Positions 18,996 to 29,413 of a stretch of DNA of 64,000 nt are shown in pieces. The DNA lies in contig CAZHLM010000001.1 in the NCBI GenBank assembly GCA_964533295.1, forward strand, positions 112,498 to 176,497, given 5' to 3'. The DNA comes from an uncultured Verrucomicrobiota bacterium. GTDB taxonomy: Bacteria > Verrucomicrobiota > Verrucomicrobiia > Palsa-1439. Made by a program: the position numbers and the translations under genes. The notes beneath the pieces are model-generated. The model saw nothing but the letters and a program-made list of their open reading frames with translations, ran no database searches and had not been told where the DNA came from. Numbering within the stretch: the first letter of the stretch is position 1; the number at the start of each line of letters is the position of its first letter.

Positions 18996-19376
18996 ATGAC
19001 TCCCGATAAAATCCTTGTCATCCTGGGCGGGCTGGCCGCCATCGCCTTCATCGTCTGGTTTTTCTGGCTGGGCGAGAAGAAGGGTGTGAAAGCTGCACTG
19101 ACCAGCGGCGGCTATCAGGAAGCTATGGTGCTGGTCAAGGGTGGCTACACCCCGGACGTGATCGTGGTTGAGAAGGGCAAGCCGGTGCGCCTGAATTTCG
19201 TCCGGACCGAGTCGGCCTCGTGCTCCGAAATGGTGCTTTTCCCGGACTTCAAGAAGAGCGCCAAGCTCCCAGAAGGTGAGACCGTACCGGTAGAATTCCT
19301 GCCCGACAAAGCCGGCGAATACGAGTTCCAGTGCCAGATGGGTATGCTTCGGGGCAAGCTGATCGTTGAGGAATGA
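18996..19376 (+). CDS. membrane-anchored cupredoxin-like domain protein
   Basis: N-terminal TM helix; C-terminal EFQCQMGMLRGKLIV resembles cupredoxin_1-type domains commonly linked to copA; GGAGAG ribosome-binding site. Confidence 0.55.
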   Translation: MTPDKILVILGGLAAIAFIVWFFWLGEKKGVKAALTSGGYQEAMVLVKGGYTPDVIVVEKGKPVRLNFVRTESASCSEMVLFPDFKKSAKLPEGETVPVEFLPDKAGEYEFQCQMGMLRGKLIVEE

Positions 19377-19380
19377 GACG

Positions 19381-20262
19381 ATGGCAGTGGTGTCGCCGAG
19401 TCGCCTCACCTTCAGGCGGCCACCGATAATGGGCCCGGCCGGTCCGCCTCCAGCGCTCCACGTCTGCGAGGCCGGCCCGCCGGGCCGCACCCTGGTGTTC
19501 CTCCCCGGCCTGGGCGGGACGACCCGCTACTGGCAGGGGCGTCTTGGCGTGCTTGAGCAGAAGTATCATGCCGTCCTGGTGGATCCGTTGGGCTTCGGCG
19601 AGTCGCCCAAGCCCTGGACACGTTACACCGTCGAGCGGCACGTTCAGGCACTGCACCAGGCCCTCAGCCGGATGGCGCCTTTCACACTGGTGGGCCACTC
19701 GATGGGAGCCTTGCTGGCAGTCGCCTACGCCGCCCGTCATCCCGCCGACGTGGAGGGCCTGGTGCTGTTGGGGTTGCCGAATTTCGGGAGCCCGGAGAAG
19801 GCCTTCCGCTTCTTCCGCAAAGGCTCCTGGGTCAATCGCGTGTTTCTCTCGAACATGGTGCTGGCCGCGGTCATCTGCGTCTTGACCCGGCGCGTCTTCG
19901 CCTGGCTGGTGCCGTACTTGCAGCCCGAACTGCCGCGCGAGGTCGCAGCCGACGTCGTCCGGCACTCCTGGCGGTCGTTCACGTCATCGCTGTGGGAGGT
20001 CGTGTACAACTGTGACACCGCCCGAGACGCGGACAGGCTCGACCGCCGCCTGCCCGTCGTCTGCCTGCACGGCGATCGCGACATCACAGCCCCGCTGGAG
20101 GGGCTTCTGGCCCTGGTGCAGGGCCGCCCCAACTGGCGCGTGCGGGTCCTGCCCGGCGTGGACCACCATCCGCTGCTGCACGCCCCCGCTGAATGCTACC
20201 GGGCGATTGAGGCAGTGACACGGCGGGAGGAGCTGGGACCACAAGAAGCAGAGCTGGTTTGA
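19381..20262 (+). CDS. alpha/beta-hydrolase fold protein
   Basis: GHSMGALLA nucleophile elbow (GxSxG); HGDRD and DHHPLLH consistent with a catalytic triad. Confidence 0.7.
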   Translation: MAVVSPSRLTFRRPPIMGPAGPPPALHVCEAGPPGRTLVFLPGLGGTTRYWQGRLGVLEQKYHAVLVDPLGFGESPKPWTRYTVERHVQALHQALSRMAPFTLVGHSMGALLAVAYAARHPADVEGLVLLGLPNFGSPEKAFRFFRKGSWVNRVFLSNMVLAAVICVLTRRVFAWLVPYLQPELPREVAADVVRHSWRSFTSSLWEVVYNCDTARDADRLDRRLPVVCLHGDRDITAPLEGLLALVQGRPNWRVRVLPGVDHHPLLHAPAECYRAIEAVTRREELGPQEAELV

Positions 20263-20357
20263 TCTCTGGCGCCTGAACGAGAGACGACTCGGTCCCATCC
20301 CGCTGGCTGAGGAAGACCGGCGCCTCGAACAGCCCCGACTACGAATCGGAGGGCAGC

Positions 20358-21023
20358 ATGACGCACGCTTCCCGGCCTGCCACCATCCTCTTCGCCGACC
20401 TGTGCGGCTTCACGGCCCTGACCGAGACACACGGCGACGACGACGCGGCCGACATCGTGGCCCGGCTGTGCCGTCTGACGCAGGCCGCGCTGGCCGGCGA
20501 CGCCCGTCTGGCCAAATCCATCGGTGACGCCGTCATGGTTGTGGCCGGCGAGCCGGCGTCGGCTATCACGACCGTGTTTCAGCTCGCCGCCGCAGTCCAG
20601 GCGGAGCCGGGCTTCCCGGCCCTGCGCGCCGGCCTGCACGCCGGCCCGGTGGTCGAACGGGACGGCGACTATTTCGGCGCCACGGTGAACGTGGCCGCCC
20701 GCGTCGCCGCGTATGCGCGCTCAGACCAGATCCTGTGCACGGAGGCGGTGGCGGACGCGGTCCGCCCGCTCGCCATCGCCGGGGTGACCGGCCTGGGCGA
20801 GGTGTGGCTCAAGAACGTCTCCCATCCGGTCAAGCTCTTCACGCTGGAAGACTCGCGCCGTGCCGATGCTGCCGCCGAGTTCGACCCGGTGTGCCGGATG
20901 CGGCTTGACCTCGAGCGGGCCCTGGCCCGCCTGCCTTATGGGGGCCGGGTGTACCACTTCTGCTCATTCAACTGCGCCCAGAGATTTGCACAAACGCCGG
21001 AAGCCTATATCCCGACCAAGTAG
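20358..21023 (+). CDS. class III nucleotidyl cyclase domain fused to C-terminal YHS/TRASH metal-binding domain
   Basis: ILFADLCGFT and KSIGDAVM metal-Asp motifs, ATVNVAARV; C-terminal DPVCRMRLD ... GGRVYHFCSFNCAQRF. Confidence 0.7.
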   Translation: MTHASRPATILFADLCGFTALTETHGDDDAADIVARLCRLTQAALAGDARLAKSIGDAVMVVAGEPASAITTVFQLAAAVQAEPGFPALRAGLHAGPVVERDGDYFGATVNVAARVAAYARSDQILCTEAVADAVRPLAIAGVTGLGEVWLKNVSHPVKLFTLEDSRRADAAAEFDPVCRMRLDLERALARLPYGGRVYHFCSFNCAQRFAQTPEAYIPTK

Positions 21024-21064
21024 CCCTTTTTTCTCTCCTTGCGCCATTCTGCGCCCGGCCCAAT

Positions 21065-21078
21065 GCGCCAAATGGCGC
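21065..21078. promoter_or_regulatory. GCGCCAAATGGCGC palindromic motif (copy 1), about 100 nt upstream of the YVTN gene
   Basis: exact 14-mer; further copies at 50860-50873 and 24706-24719 (13/14), variants at 41832-41845 and 35339-35352. Confidence 0.35.
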
Positions 21079-21179
21079 TCGCCGATTGCCTTTCCCTGAT
21101 GCTAGTGTAAGGACCGGCTGGGGACCTTTTGGGCCATGTTTGCTGGCTTCAAATTCAATACAACAAGGAGAGTATTTCC

Positions 21180-22277
21180 ATGAAACACAGTAAAGGGATC
21201 CGTGTGGGCCTGGCGCTCAGCATCGGCCTGGCGTTGCTCCTGGCCGCGTGCAGTGGGGCGACCTCCGATGGCCCTGCGCCCGCCGTTTCGCAGAAGACGG
21301 CGCCTGGCGCCGTCTGGGTGGCCGATGAATATGGCAACAGCATCACGGTGATTGATGCTGCCAGCAACCGGGTGGTCGCCACCCTCACCGGCATCGAAGC
21401 GCCTCATAATCTCCAGGTCGCGCCGGATGGCAAGAGCGTCTGGGTGGTGAGCGGGCACGACTCATTTGCCGCGATGATTGATACCGCCACGTACAAGGTG
21501 CATGGCACCGTGATGACGGGCCAGGAGCCGGCCCACATCGTCCTGGCCCCGGATGGCAAAACCGCATATGCCACCAACGGCGACGAGGACAGCGTCACCG
21601 CGATCGACGTCGCCACGATGCAAGCCATCGCTACCATCCCGGTGGGGATGTATCCGCACGGCCTGCGCCCCAGCCCGGATGGGAAGTGGGTATACGTCGC
21701 CAATGCGAAGGACACGACTCTCAGCGTGATCGACACGTCAACCCACACCAAAGTGACCGACATCGAAGTGGGACAGAAGCCGGTACAGGTCGGCTTCTCG
21801 CCGGATGGCAAGGTCGTCTATTTCTCGCTCAACGCTGAGAATGCCGTCGGCAAAGTGGACGTGGCGACGCGCCAACTCGTCGGCAAGGTGGACGTCGGCG
21901 TTGGCCCGATCCAGGTCTTTGTGACGCCGGACGACAAGTACGTGCTCGCCGCTAACCAGGGAACACAAGATAATCCCAGCACGACCGTTTCCATCATCGA
22001 CACGGCGACGTTCACGGTGGTGGGCACCGTGGAGACCGGCAAAGGCGCACACGGCATCGTGATCGACCCATCCAGCCGCTACGCCTACATCACCAACATC
22101 TACGGGAACGACGTGGCGGTGTTGGATATCCCGACACGCAAAGTGGTCGCGACCATCCCCAGCGGCGCTGGTCCGAATGGTATCAGTTACTCACCCCAGG
22201 CGCCTGCTTCGGCGTCGGCCCCCGAGATCGACCTTGACTTGCCGGAAATGGATGACATGTCCGGCATGCAGCCATAA
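21180..22277 (+). CDS. YVTN-family beta-propeller repeat lipoprotein
   Basis: lipobox LLAACSG; repeated YVANAKDTTLSVIDTSTHTKV / YVLAANQGT ... SIIDTATFTVV 40-residue repeats; AAGGAG ribosome-binding site. Confidence 0.7.
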   Translation: MKHSKGIRVGLALSIGLALLLAACSGATSDGPAPAVSQKTAPGAVWVADEYGNSITVIDAASNRVVATLTGIEAPHNLQVAPDGKSVWVVSGHDSFAAMIDTATYKVHGTVMTGQEPAHIVLAPDGKTAYATNGDEDSVTAIDVATMQAIATIPVGMYPHGLRPSPDGKWVYVANAKDTTLSVIDTSTHTKVTDIEVGQKPVQVGFSPDGKVVYFSLNAENAVGKVDVATRQLVGKVDVGVGPIQVFVTPDDKYVLAANQGTQDNPSTTVSIIDTATFTVVGTVETGKGAHGIVIDPSSRYAYITNIYGNDVAVLDIPTRKVVATIPSGAGPNGISYSPQAPASASAPEIDLDLPEMDDMSGMQP

Positions 22278-22311
22278 GGGCTGCTCGAGCAGCGCATCCA
22301 TCTTTTCTCCT

Positions 22312-22377
22312 GAAAGCGCCGTTCCCCGGAAGGCTACGCCGATTGGCGTATGCCCCACCAGGCGGAACGGCGCTTTC
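22312..22377. promoter_or_regulatory. nested palindrome: outer 14-bp inverted repeat GAAAGCGCCGTTCC/GGAACGGCGCTTTC enclosing TACGCCGATTGGCGTA
   Basis: read directly; lies between the YVTN gene and the DUF2933 gene; could be a terminator/attenuator or a binding site. Confidence 0.3.
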
Positions 22378-22424
22378 GTTTGGCAGGCCTTCGGTGTTAG
22401 GGTACGAGTTGACAGGAGGCGCTG

Positions 22425-22667
22425 ATGAATTCAAGACAAGACTTCAGCCTGGGTCGCTGGCTGCGCTCGCGCACCGGGCTGGTGTTTCTCGTGTTCTCGG
22501 GCATCGCGGCGTTTTACCTGCTGACAGAACACACCGCCCACTTCTTCGGCATCCTGCCCTACGCGTTGCTCTTGCTGTGTCCGCTGCTGCATTTGTTCAT
22601 GCACAGCCGGCACGACGGTCTTAACGGTCATGCCGATCATCAGCCGCCCTCGGGGGAGAAGAAATGA
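22425..22667 (+). CDS. DUF2933-like small membrane protein
   Basis: 80 aa; CPLLHLFMHSRHDG motif typical of DUF2933; ATGA overlap with the downstream methyltransferase. Confidence 0.5.
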   Translation: MNSRQDFSLGRWLRSRTGLVFLVFSGIAAFYLLTEHTAHFFGILPYALLLLCPLLHLFMHSRHDGLNGHADHQPPSGEKK

Positions 22668-23320
22668 ACATCAATTCCCCCGCCTACGGGCTGTGGCCGC
22701 TCGTCTTCATAAACACGGCGGTCTTTATCGTCTTCGCCTTCAGCTTCACCAAGCCGCGCACCAGCCGAGACTGGCGCTCCTTCGGCGCGTTCTCGGCCTT
22801 CCTGGTGGCGCTGTTCACGGAGATGTACGGCTTCCCGCTGACGATTTACCTGCTCTCGGGCTGGCTGGGCAGCCGGATCCCGGGCCTGGACCTGCTCTCT
22901 CATAATGCCGGACACCTATGGCAGACACTCCTCGGCTGGAAGGGCGACCCGCACTTCACCCCCATCCATTGGTTGAGCGATGCGCTCATCGGCGGCGGGT
23001 TCGTCCTCATCGGTGCGGCCTGGGACGTGTTGTATAAGGCGCAGCGCGCACACCAACTGGCTATCGCCGGCCCGTATGCTTACCTGCGGCACCCCCAGTA
23101 CGTCGGCTTCATCGTGATCATGCTCGGCTTCCTCATCCAGTGGCCGACTATCACTACGCTGGTCATGTTTCCGATCCTGGTGTTCATGTATGTGCGGCTG
23201 GCGCGGCACGAGGAGCGCGAGGCATGGGCGGAGTTCGGCCAGGCGTATTCCGAGTATGCGGCCCGCACGCCGGCTTTCCTCCCGCGCCGCCGGCAGCCTG
23301 CCCCCGGAGGTGCTTTATGA
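22664..23320 (+). CDS. isoprenylcysteine carboxyl methyltransferase (ICMT)/phospholipid methyltransferase family membrane protein
   Basis: GPYAYLRHPQYVGFIV motif, multiple TM helices. Confidence 0.7.
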   Translation: MNINSPAYGLWPLVFINTAVFIVFAFSFTKPRTSRDWRSFGAFSAFLVALFTEMYGFPLTIYLLSGWLGSRIPGLDLLSHNAGHLWQTLLGWKGDPHFTPIHWLSDALIGGGFVLIGAAWDVLYKAQRAHQLAIAGPYAYLRHPQYVGFIVIMLGFLIQWPTITTLVMFPILVFMYVRLARHEEREAWAEFGQAYSEYAARTPAFLPRRRQPAPGGAL

Positions 23321-23814
23321 CCGTCGGACGTTTTCTCGTCATCGCCGGCATCGCGGCCCTCGTCGCCGGCACGGCCTGGCTGACCCTGAGCGGCGCCGAG
23401 GAGCGTACCGTGCGGCAGGTGATGGAGGAGGTTCAGACGGCGGCCCTCCAGGGCCTGAACCGCAAGAACCCGAACGCGCTCGACAGCTACTTCGCCTCTG
23501 AGGCCGAGGGCGCCGTGGCCGCCGGCCTGGCGCAGACCCGGCAGGCGTACCAAGACTTTGTTGACCAGCTTCCCAGCACCAACGCAGTCCAGTTCCATTC
23601 GTTCGACATCCAGGCGCTGGAGGTTCATGAGGAGGCTCGCCTGGCTAAAGTCACCTATCGCCTGCACTTCAGCGTCTTGAAGAACGGCCAGCCCATCTAC
23701 AGCGCCCGGGTGACCCAGGACCTGGCCTTTCGCAAGACCCCGCGCGGCTGGCGCATCTCGGGCGGCGACGCGCCGCAACTGGAAGACGTGACCGGAACCT
23801 GGCCGCCGCGTTGA
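23317..23814 (+). CDS. membrane-anchored NTF2-like hypothetical protein
   Basis: N-terminal TM helix then a soluble domain of about 130 aa; 4-nt overlap with the upstream gene. Confidence 0.35.
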   Translation: MTVGRFLVIAGIAALVAGTAWLTLSGAEERTVRQVMEEVQTAALQGLNRKNPNALDSYFASEAEGAVAAGLAQTRQAYQDFVDQLPSTNAVQFHSFDIQALEVHEEARLAKVTYRLHFSVLKNGQPIYSARVTQDLAFRKTPRGWRISGGDAPQLEDVTGTWPPR

Positions 23815-23824
23815 AGAGGGCAGG

Positions 23825-24436
23825 ATGAAACTCAACGCGCTCGAATTTGCGCTGATGAACAACCCCGTCCGCGCGGCCTCTCAGTGGTGGATTGAGACGC
23901 CGCTGCTGATCGGCCCGCGCGGCTCACTGGCCGGTCGGCAAGTTCTGGAGATCGGCTGCGGGCGCGGCGTAGGCATCGAAATTCTGCTCGCACGCGGCGC
24001 GGCGCAGGTCACCGGCTTCGACCTTGACCCGAAGATGATTTCCCTGGCCAGAAAGCACGTGGCGAAACATGGTGCGCGCGCCCGCGTCTTCGTCGGGGAC
24101 GCCGAGGCGATTGATGCGCCCAATTCCAGTTTCGACGCGGTCGTGGACTATGGCATCCTCCATCACATCCCCAACTGGCAGAAGGCGCTCGGCGAGATTG
24201 CGCGCGTGCTTCGAAGTCCCGACCCGGCGTCGGGGAGGCCAGGTGGCACGTTCTACTTTGAAGACCTGCTCAAGGGCTTCGTCTCGGCGTGGCCGGTGCG
24301 GGACCTCTTCGACCATCCCCAGGCGACCCAGTTCTATGGTCGTGAGCTCCGCGCAGGGCTGGTGGCGGCTGGCCTGCGCGTGACGCGGTGGCGGCAGTTG
24401 GGCGAGTGGGGGGTCATGGGGGCAGCGGTAAAATAG
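23825..24436 (+). CDS. class I SAM-dependent methyltransferase
   Basis: VLEIGCGRGVG motif I, DAVVDYGILHH motif. Confidence 0.7.
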   Translation: MKLNALEFALMNNPVRAASQWWIETPLLIGPRGSLAGRQVLEIGCGRGVGIEILLARGAAQVTGFDLDPKMISLARKHVAKHGARARVFVGDAEAIDAPNSSFDAVVDYGILHHIPNWQKALGEIARVLRSPDPASGRPGGTFYFEDLLKGFVSAWPVRDLFDHPQATQFYGRELRAGLVAAGLRVTRWRQLGEWGVMGAAVK

Positions 24437-24450
24437 CCGGCGACGACGCT

Positions 24451-24660
24451 ATGCCAGAAACGAGCCAGTCTGTGCCCGTCCCCGGGCCCGAGGCCATCAC
24501 CGCCTGCGGTGGCAAGCTCAAGGACCCTAGCCTGTACCCCAGCGCGGAGTATCGTGGACGGCGGGTCTATTTCTGCACGCGCGGCTGCCTGCGCGCCTTT
24601 GAAGCGGACCCCGACCGCTTCATGGCCGGCGAGATCGAGCACCCCGTCACGGCCGATTGA
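24451..24660 (+). CDS. stand-alone YHS/TRASH domain protein
   Basis: ITACGGKL ... YRGRRVYFCTRGCLRAFEADPDRF. Confidence 0.55.
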   Translation: MPETSQSVPVPGPEAITACGGKLKDPSLYPSAEYRGRRVYFCTRGCLRAFEADPDRFMAGEIEHPVTAD

Positions 24661-24812
24661 TCCCGAAGATCCGCACGAGCCCTCATCTGGGCTTAATCTC
24701 CCCCTCCGCCAAATGGCGCATTCTCAAACAGGCTAAACGCCTCTCACAGTTTTCGTCCCGCCCCGCTAGAGTCATCCTTGAAGCCAGACACCGATACCAA
24801 GGAGTGACTCAT

Positions 24813-25103
24813 ATGGAACACGTCCCGCATGCCTCTGAAACCGCCGACCGCCCACGGCGCGTCCCGCCCATCGTCTGGTTCCTCGGCCTTGGCCTGGTTG
24901 CTGCGTTGATCGCGATCTTCTTGTTCAACGTGGCCGTCGATACCGTCGTGTATTACTGCTTAATCGCCTTGATGGTGGGGAGTCACTTCTTTATGCACGG
25001 CTCGCACGGCGGGCATGCCGGTCATGGGCAACCAGGCACACCGACCGAAGCGGCCCGCTCAGATAAGGACCAGCACGCCGGCCACTCCGGCGGCTGCCAC
25101 TGA
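24813..25103 (+). CDS. DUF2933-like membrane protein with His-rich C-terminal tail
   Basis: MVGSHFFMHGSHGGHAGHG ... HAGHSGGCH; AAGGAG ribosome-binding site; GCCAAATGGCGC motif about 95 nt upstream. Confidence 0.5.
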   Translation: MEHVPHASETADRPRRVPPIVWFLGLGLVAALIAIFLFNVAVDTVVYYCLIALMVGSHFFMHGSHGGHAGHGQPGTPTEAARSDKDQHAGHSGGCH

Positions 25104-25130
25104 CCTCTTGTCGCCCCGAAGGAGGACCCC

Positions 25131-25457
25131 ATGAGCACCGACTGTCACGTTGAGCCGTTGTGGAAGACCGCCACCCCCGAAGAACTGCAGCAGGGGACGT
25201 CGGCGCTGCTGTCCGTCCAGGGCCTGGGCTGTCCGAACTGCGCCCTACGGGTCCGCAATAGCCTGCTCTCCGTCCGTGGCGTGGTGGAAGCCCACGTCGT
25301 CCATGAGATCGGCATCGCCGAGGTGGTGTTCAACCCCAACCTGACCAACGTCTTGGTCCTGATCGAGGCCGTCGCCCGGGCGGGGAACGACGGGCATCAC
25401 GCCTACAGCGCCCGGCTGATCGATGGACCGGGAGTGGAACGTGACCATCCGCGTTGA
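25131..25457 (+). CDS. HMA-like (ferredoxin-fold) metal-binding domain protein with atypical GCPNC site
   Basis: LSVQGLGCPNCALRVRNSLLSVRGVVEAHV resembles an HMA domain with a non-canonical metal site. Confidence 0.5.
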   Translation: MSTDCHVEPLWKTATPEELQQGTSALLSVQGLGCPNCALRVRNSLLSVRGVVEAHVVHEIGIAEVVFNPNLTNVLVLIEAVARAGNDGHHAYSARLIDGPGVERDHPR

Positions 25458-26646
25458 GCGCTATGACGCCATCATCGCCGGCGCCGGCCCGGCCGGGGCG
25501 ACCGCGGCGTATTTCCTTGGCGAAGCCGGCCGGCGCGTGCTGGTCCTGGAGAAGGACATCCTGCCGCGCTACAAGCCGTGCGGCGGCGGGCTCTCGGCCC
25601 ACATGCTGACGAAGATGTTCCCCTTCTCGTTCGACCCGGTCGTCGAAACACGCATCCAGGCCGTCACCTACGCGCTCGGCCGGCACTCCGTCACCATCCC
25701 GATCCCGGGCCTCGGCGTTCGGACGGTGATGCGCGATCGCTTCGACACGCATATCCTGGCGCACGCCCGGGCCGAGGTGCGCTCCGGCGTCGTCGTCCGT
25801 AAGGTGACGGAGACGGCCGAGGCGGTGACCGTCGAAACGACCACGGGCGAAGCTTTCACGGCGCGCTACCTGATCGGTGCGGACGGCGCGAACTCGGTCG
25901 TCGCCCATTCGCTGGGCCTGCGCCGGGGCAGGCGCAAGAACCTGGCGGCCGCCCTTGAGGCCGAAGTGCCCGCCTCCCCCGAGGCGCTGCGCCGCTTCGG
26001 CCCGGCGCTGTGGGTCCTCCTGGGCGAGATCCGCTTCGGGTACGCGTGGATTTTCCCGAAAGCCGATCATCTCTCGGTGGGCATCGCCGCGCTGCGCCCC
26101 AGGCCCGGCGAACTGCAAGCCAGGCTGGCCGACATGGCGGCCCGCTATGGCCTTTCGCTCGATCAGGCGCAGGTGAGGGGCCATCCCATCCCGCTGTACA
26201 CCCGCCGCGAGCGCATCGCCACCGCGCGCACGCTGCTGGCCGGCGACGCCGCCGGGCTGGTCGACCCGCTCAGCGGCGAGGGCATCCGCCTGGCCATCAA
26301 GAGCGGCAAACTGGCCGCGCAGGCTATCCTGAGCGAGCGGCCCGGCTCGTATCCGGAGCTGGTCCATCGCGAGATCGGCCTGTGCCACACGATTGGCCTG
26401 GGCGTGGCCTGGCTGTTCTATCACTTCCCGAGCGCCTGTTTCTGGTTGGGCACGCGTAACCCCTTTGCCACCCGGGCCTTCATGGCCATGCTCGCCGACC
26501 GCGCCGACTACCCGCAGGTAATCCTGCAAATCGTCGGCACCCTGCCGATTTTCCTGCTCACTGAAACCATAGCCGCGCTGGCGGGCCTGATCGGTGGGCG
26601 GGAGCGCCGCGAGCGCGTGCGGGCCGCCGTGTACCCAGGTGCCTGA
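25423..26646 (+). CDS. FAD-dependent oxidoreductase, geranylgeranyl reductase family
   Basis: DAIIAGAGPAGATAA dinucleotide-binding motif, GDAAGLVDPLSGEGI. Confidence 0.7.
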   Translation: MDREWNVTIRVERYDAIIAGAGPAGATAAYFLGEAGRRVLVLEKDILPRYKPCGGGLSAHMLTKMFPFSFDPVVETRIQAVTYALGRHSVTIPIPGLGVRTVMRDRFDTHILAHARAEVRSGVVVRKVTETAEAVTVETTTGEAFTARYLIGADGANSVVAHSLGLRRGRRKNLAAALEAEVPASPEALRRFGPALWVLLGEIRFGYAWIFPKADHLSVGIAALRPRPGELQARLADMAARYGLSLDQAQVRGHPIPLYTRRERIATARTLLAGDAAGLVDPLSGEGIRLAIKSGKLAAQAILSERPGSYPELVHREIGLCHTIGLGVAWLFYHFPSACFWLGTRNPFATRAFMAMLADRADYPQVILQIVGTLPIFLLTETIAALAGLIGGRERRERVRAAVYPGA

Positions 26647-26647
26647 G

Positions 26648-28339
<1,692 letters not shown>

Positions 28340-28362
28340 ACCTCAGCCAAGGGAGAAAACGC

Positions 28363-28596
28363 ATGAGCAAAATCGCCAAGTCAACGACTTCGAAAAACAC
28401 ACGGACCCGCCGCGAGTGGCCGGTCGTCGTGTATGTCTGGATCATCGGGCTGGGGCTGCTCAGTTATCTCTTCGTCGGGGAGGTCGTCCTCGGCGGGCAG
28501 CCTCATCCCTGGCACTGGGTGGCCGCGGTCGCCGGCGCCGTCGTCGGCTACTTCGTCGGCTGGCAGTGGTATCGTTGGCGTGGGGACATCATTTGA
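28363..28596 (+). CDS. small membrane protein, hypothetical
   Basis: 77 aa, two TM helices, AGGGAG ribosome-binding site. Confidence 0.3.
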   Translation: MSKIAKSTTSKNTRTRREWPVVVYVWIIGLGLLSYLFVGEVVLGGQPHPWHWVAAVAGAVVGYFVGWQWYRWRGDII

Positions 28597-28647
28597 GCAG
28601 CGGACCCACCGGCGCCGCAATCACTCTCACGAACGGAAGGAAACCTT

Positions 28648-28845
28648 ATGCATCAAGATCCGGTCTGCGGCAAACGGCTCAATCGGGGCAAGGCGCACGC
28701 CATCGTCGAGCACCAGGGTGTGAGCTATTTCCTGTGCTGTCCGCTCTGCCAGGCGGAGTTTGAGCGCGAGCCGCGGAGATACGCCCGGCCCGAGCTGGGC
28801 GAGAAGACCAGGAAGAAAGAACACCAGCCCTACCGCCGGTTGTAG
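28648..28845 (+). CDS. stand-alone YHS/TRASH domain protein
   Basis: DPVCGKRL ... HQGVSYFLCCPLCQAEF. Confidence 0.6.
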   Translation: MHQDPVCGKRLNRGKAHAIVEHQGVSYFLCCPLCQAEFEREPRRYARPELGEKTRKKEHQPYRRL

Positions 28846-28916
28846 GCTTGAGGCGACGACAAGATGGACAGGGCGCCGGGACTGGTGAGGGATTTCGCAG
28901 CGTAACCAGAACACGT

Positions 28917-29410
28917 ATGGGCCTGAACAGCATCTCGTTGGAACTTGACGCCCAGATGTTCCTGCGCCTGCTGGTCGCGATGGTGCTCGGCGCGCTGGTG
29001 GGCTATGAGCGCGAGCGCGCGGGCAAGCCGGCCGGGGTGCGGACGCACGGCATGGTCAGCCTGGGTGCAGCGCTGTTCGCGGTCGTGTCGCTGCATGGGT
29101 TCGGCAGCGCGGGCGACCCGGCCCGCGTGGCGGCCCAGATCGTCACCGGCATCGGCTTCCTCGGCGCGGGCGCGACACTTGCACCTGCGCTGCAAGTGCA
29201 GGTGTCCTGCACGAGCGCGGCAGCATTCACGGCCTGACCACCGCCGCGAGCCTGTGGGTCACGGCGGCCATCGGTCTGTCCGTCGGCGTCGGCATGGTGC
29301 TCATGTCGGTGGCGACGGCGGCCCTGGTCTTCCTGCTTCTGCGCTTTGGCCCGCGCCCCAGGCTCAGAACCGAGGCTAGCGACACCGAGAAGCAACTCTC
29401 AGGAGAATGA
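28917..29410 (+). pseudogene. mgtC: MgtC/SapB-family gene disrupted by a 35-nt palindromic insertion (frameshift)
   Basis: LVGYERERAGKPAGVRTHGMVSLGAALF ... GIGFLGAGA in one frame, the conserved GLTTAASLWVTAAIGLSVG continues in another frame after acttgcacctgcgctgcaagtgcaggtgtcctgca. Confidence 0.6.
29177..29211. repeat. 35-nt palindromic insertion within mgtC (contains hairpin GTGCAGG-tgt-CCTGCAC)
   Basis: read directly; length not a multiple of 3; removing it restores the MgtC frame. Confidence 0.5.
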
Positions 29411-29413
29411 AAC

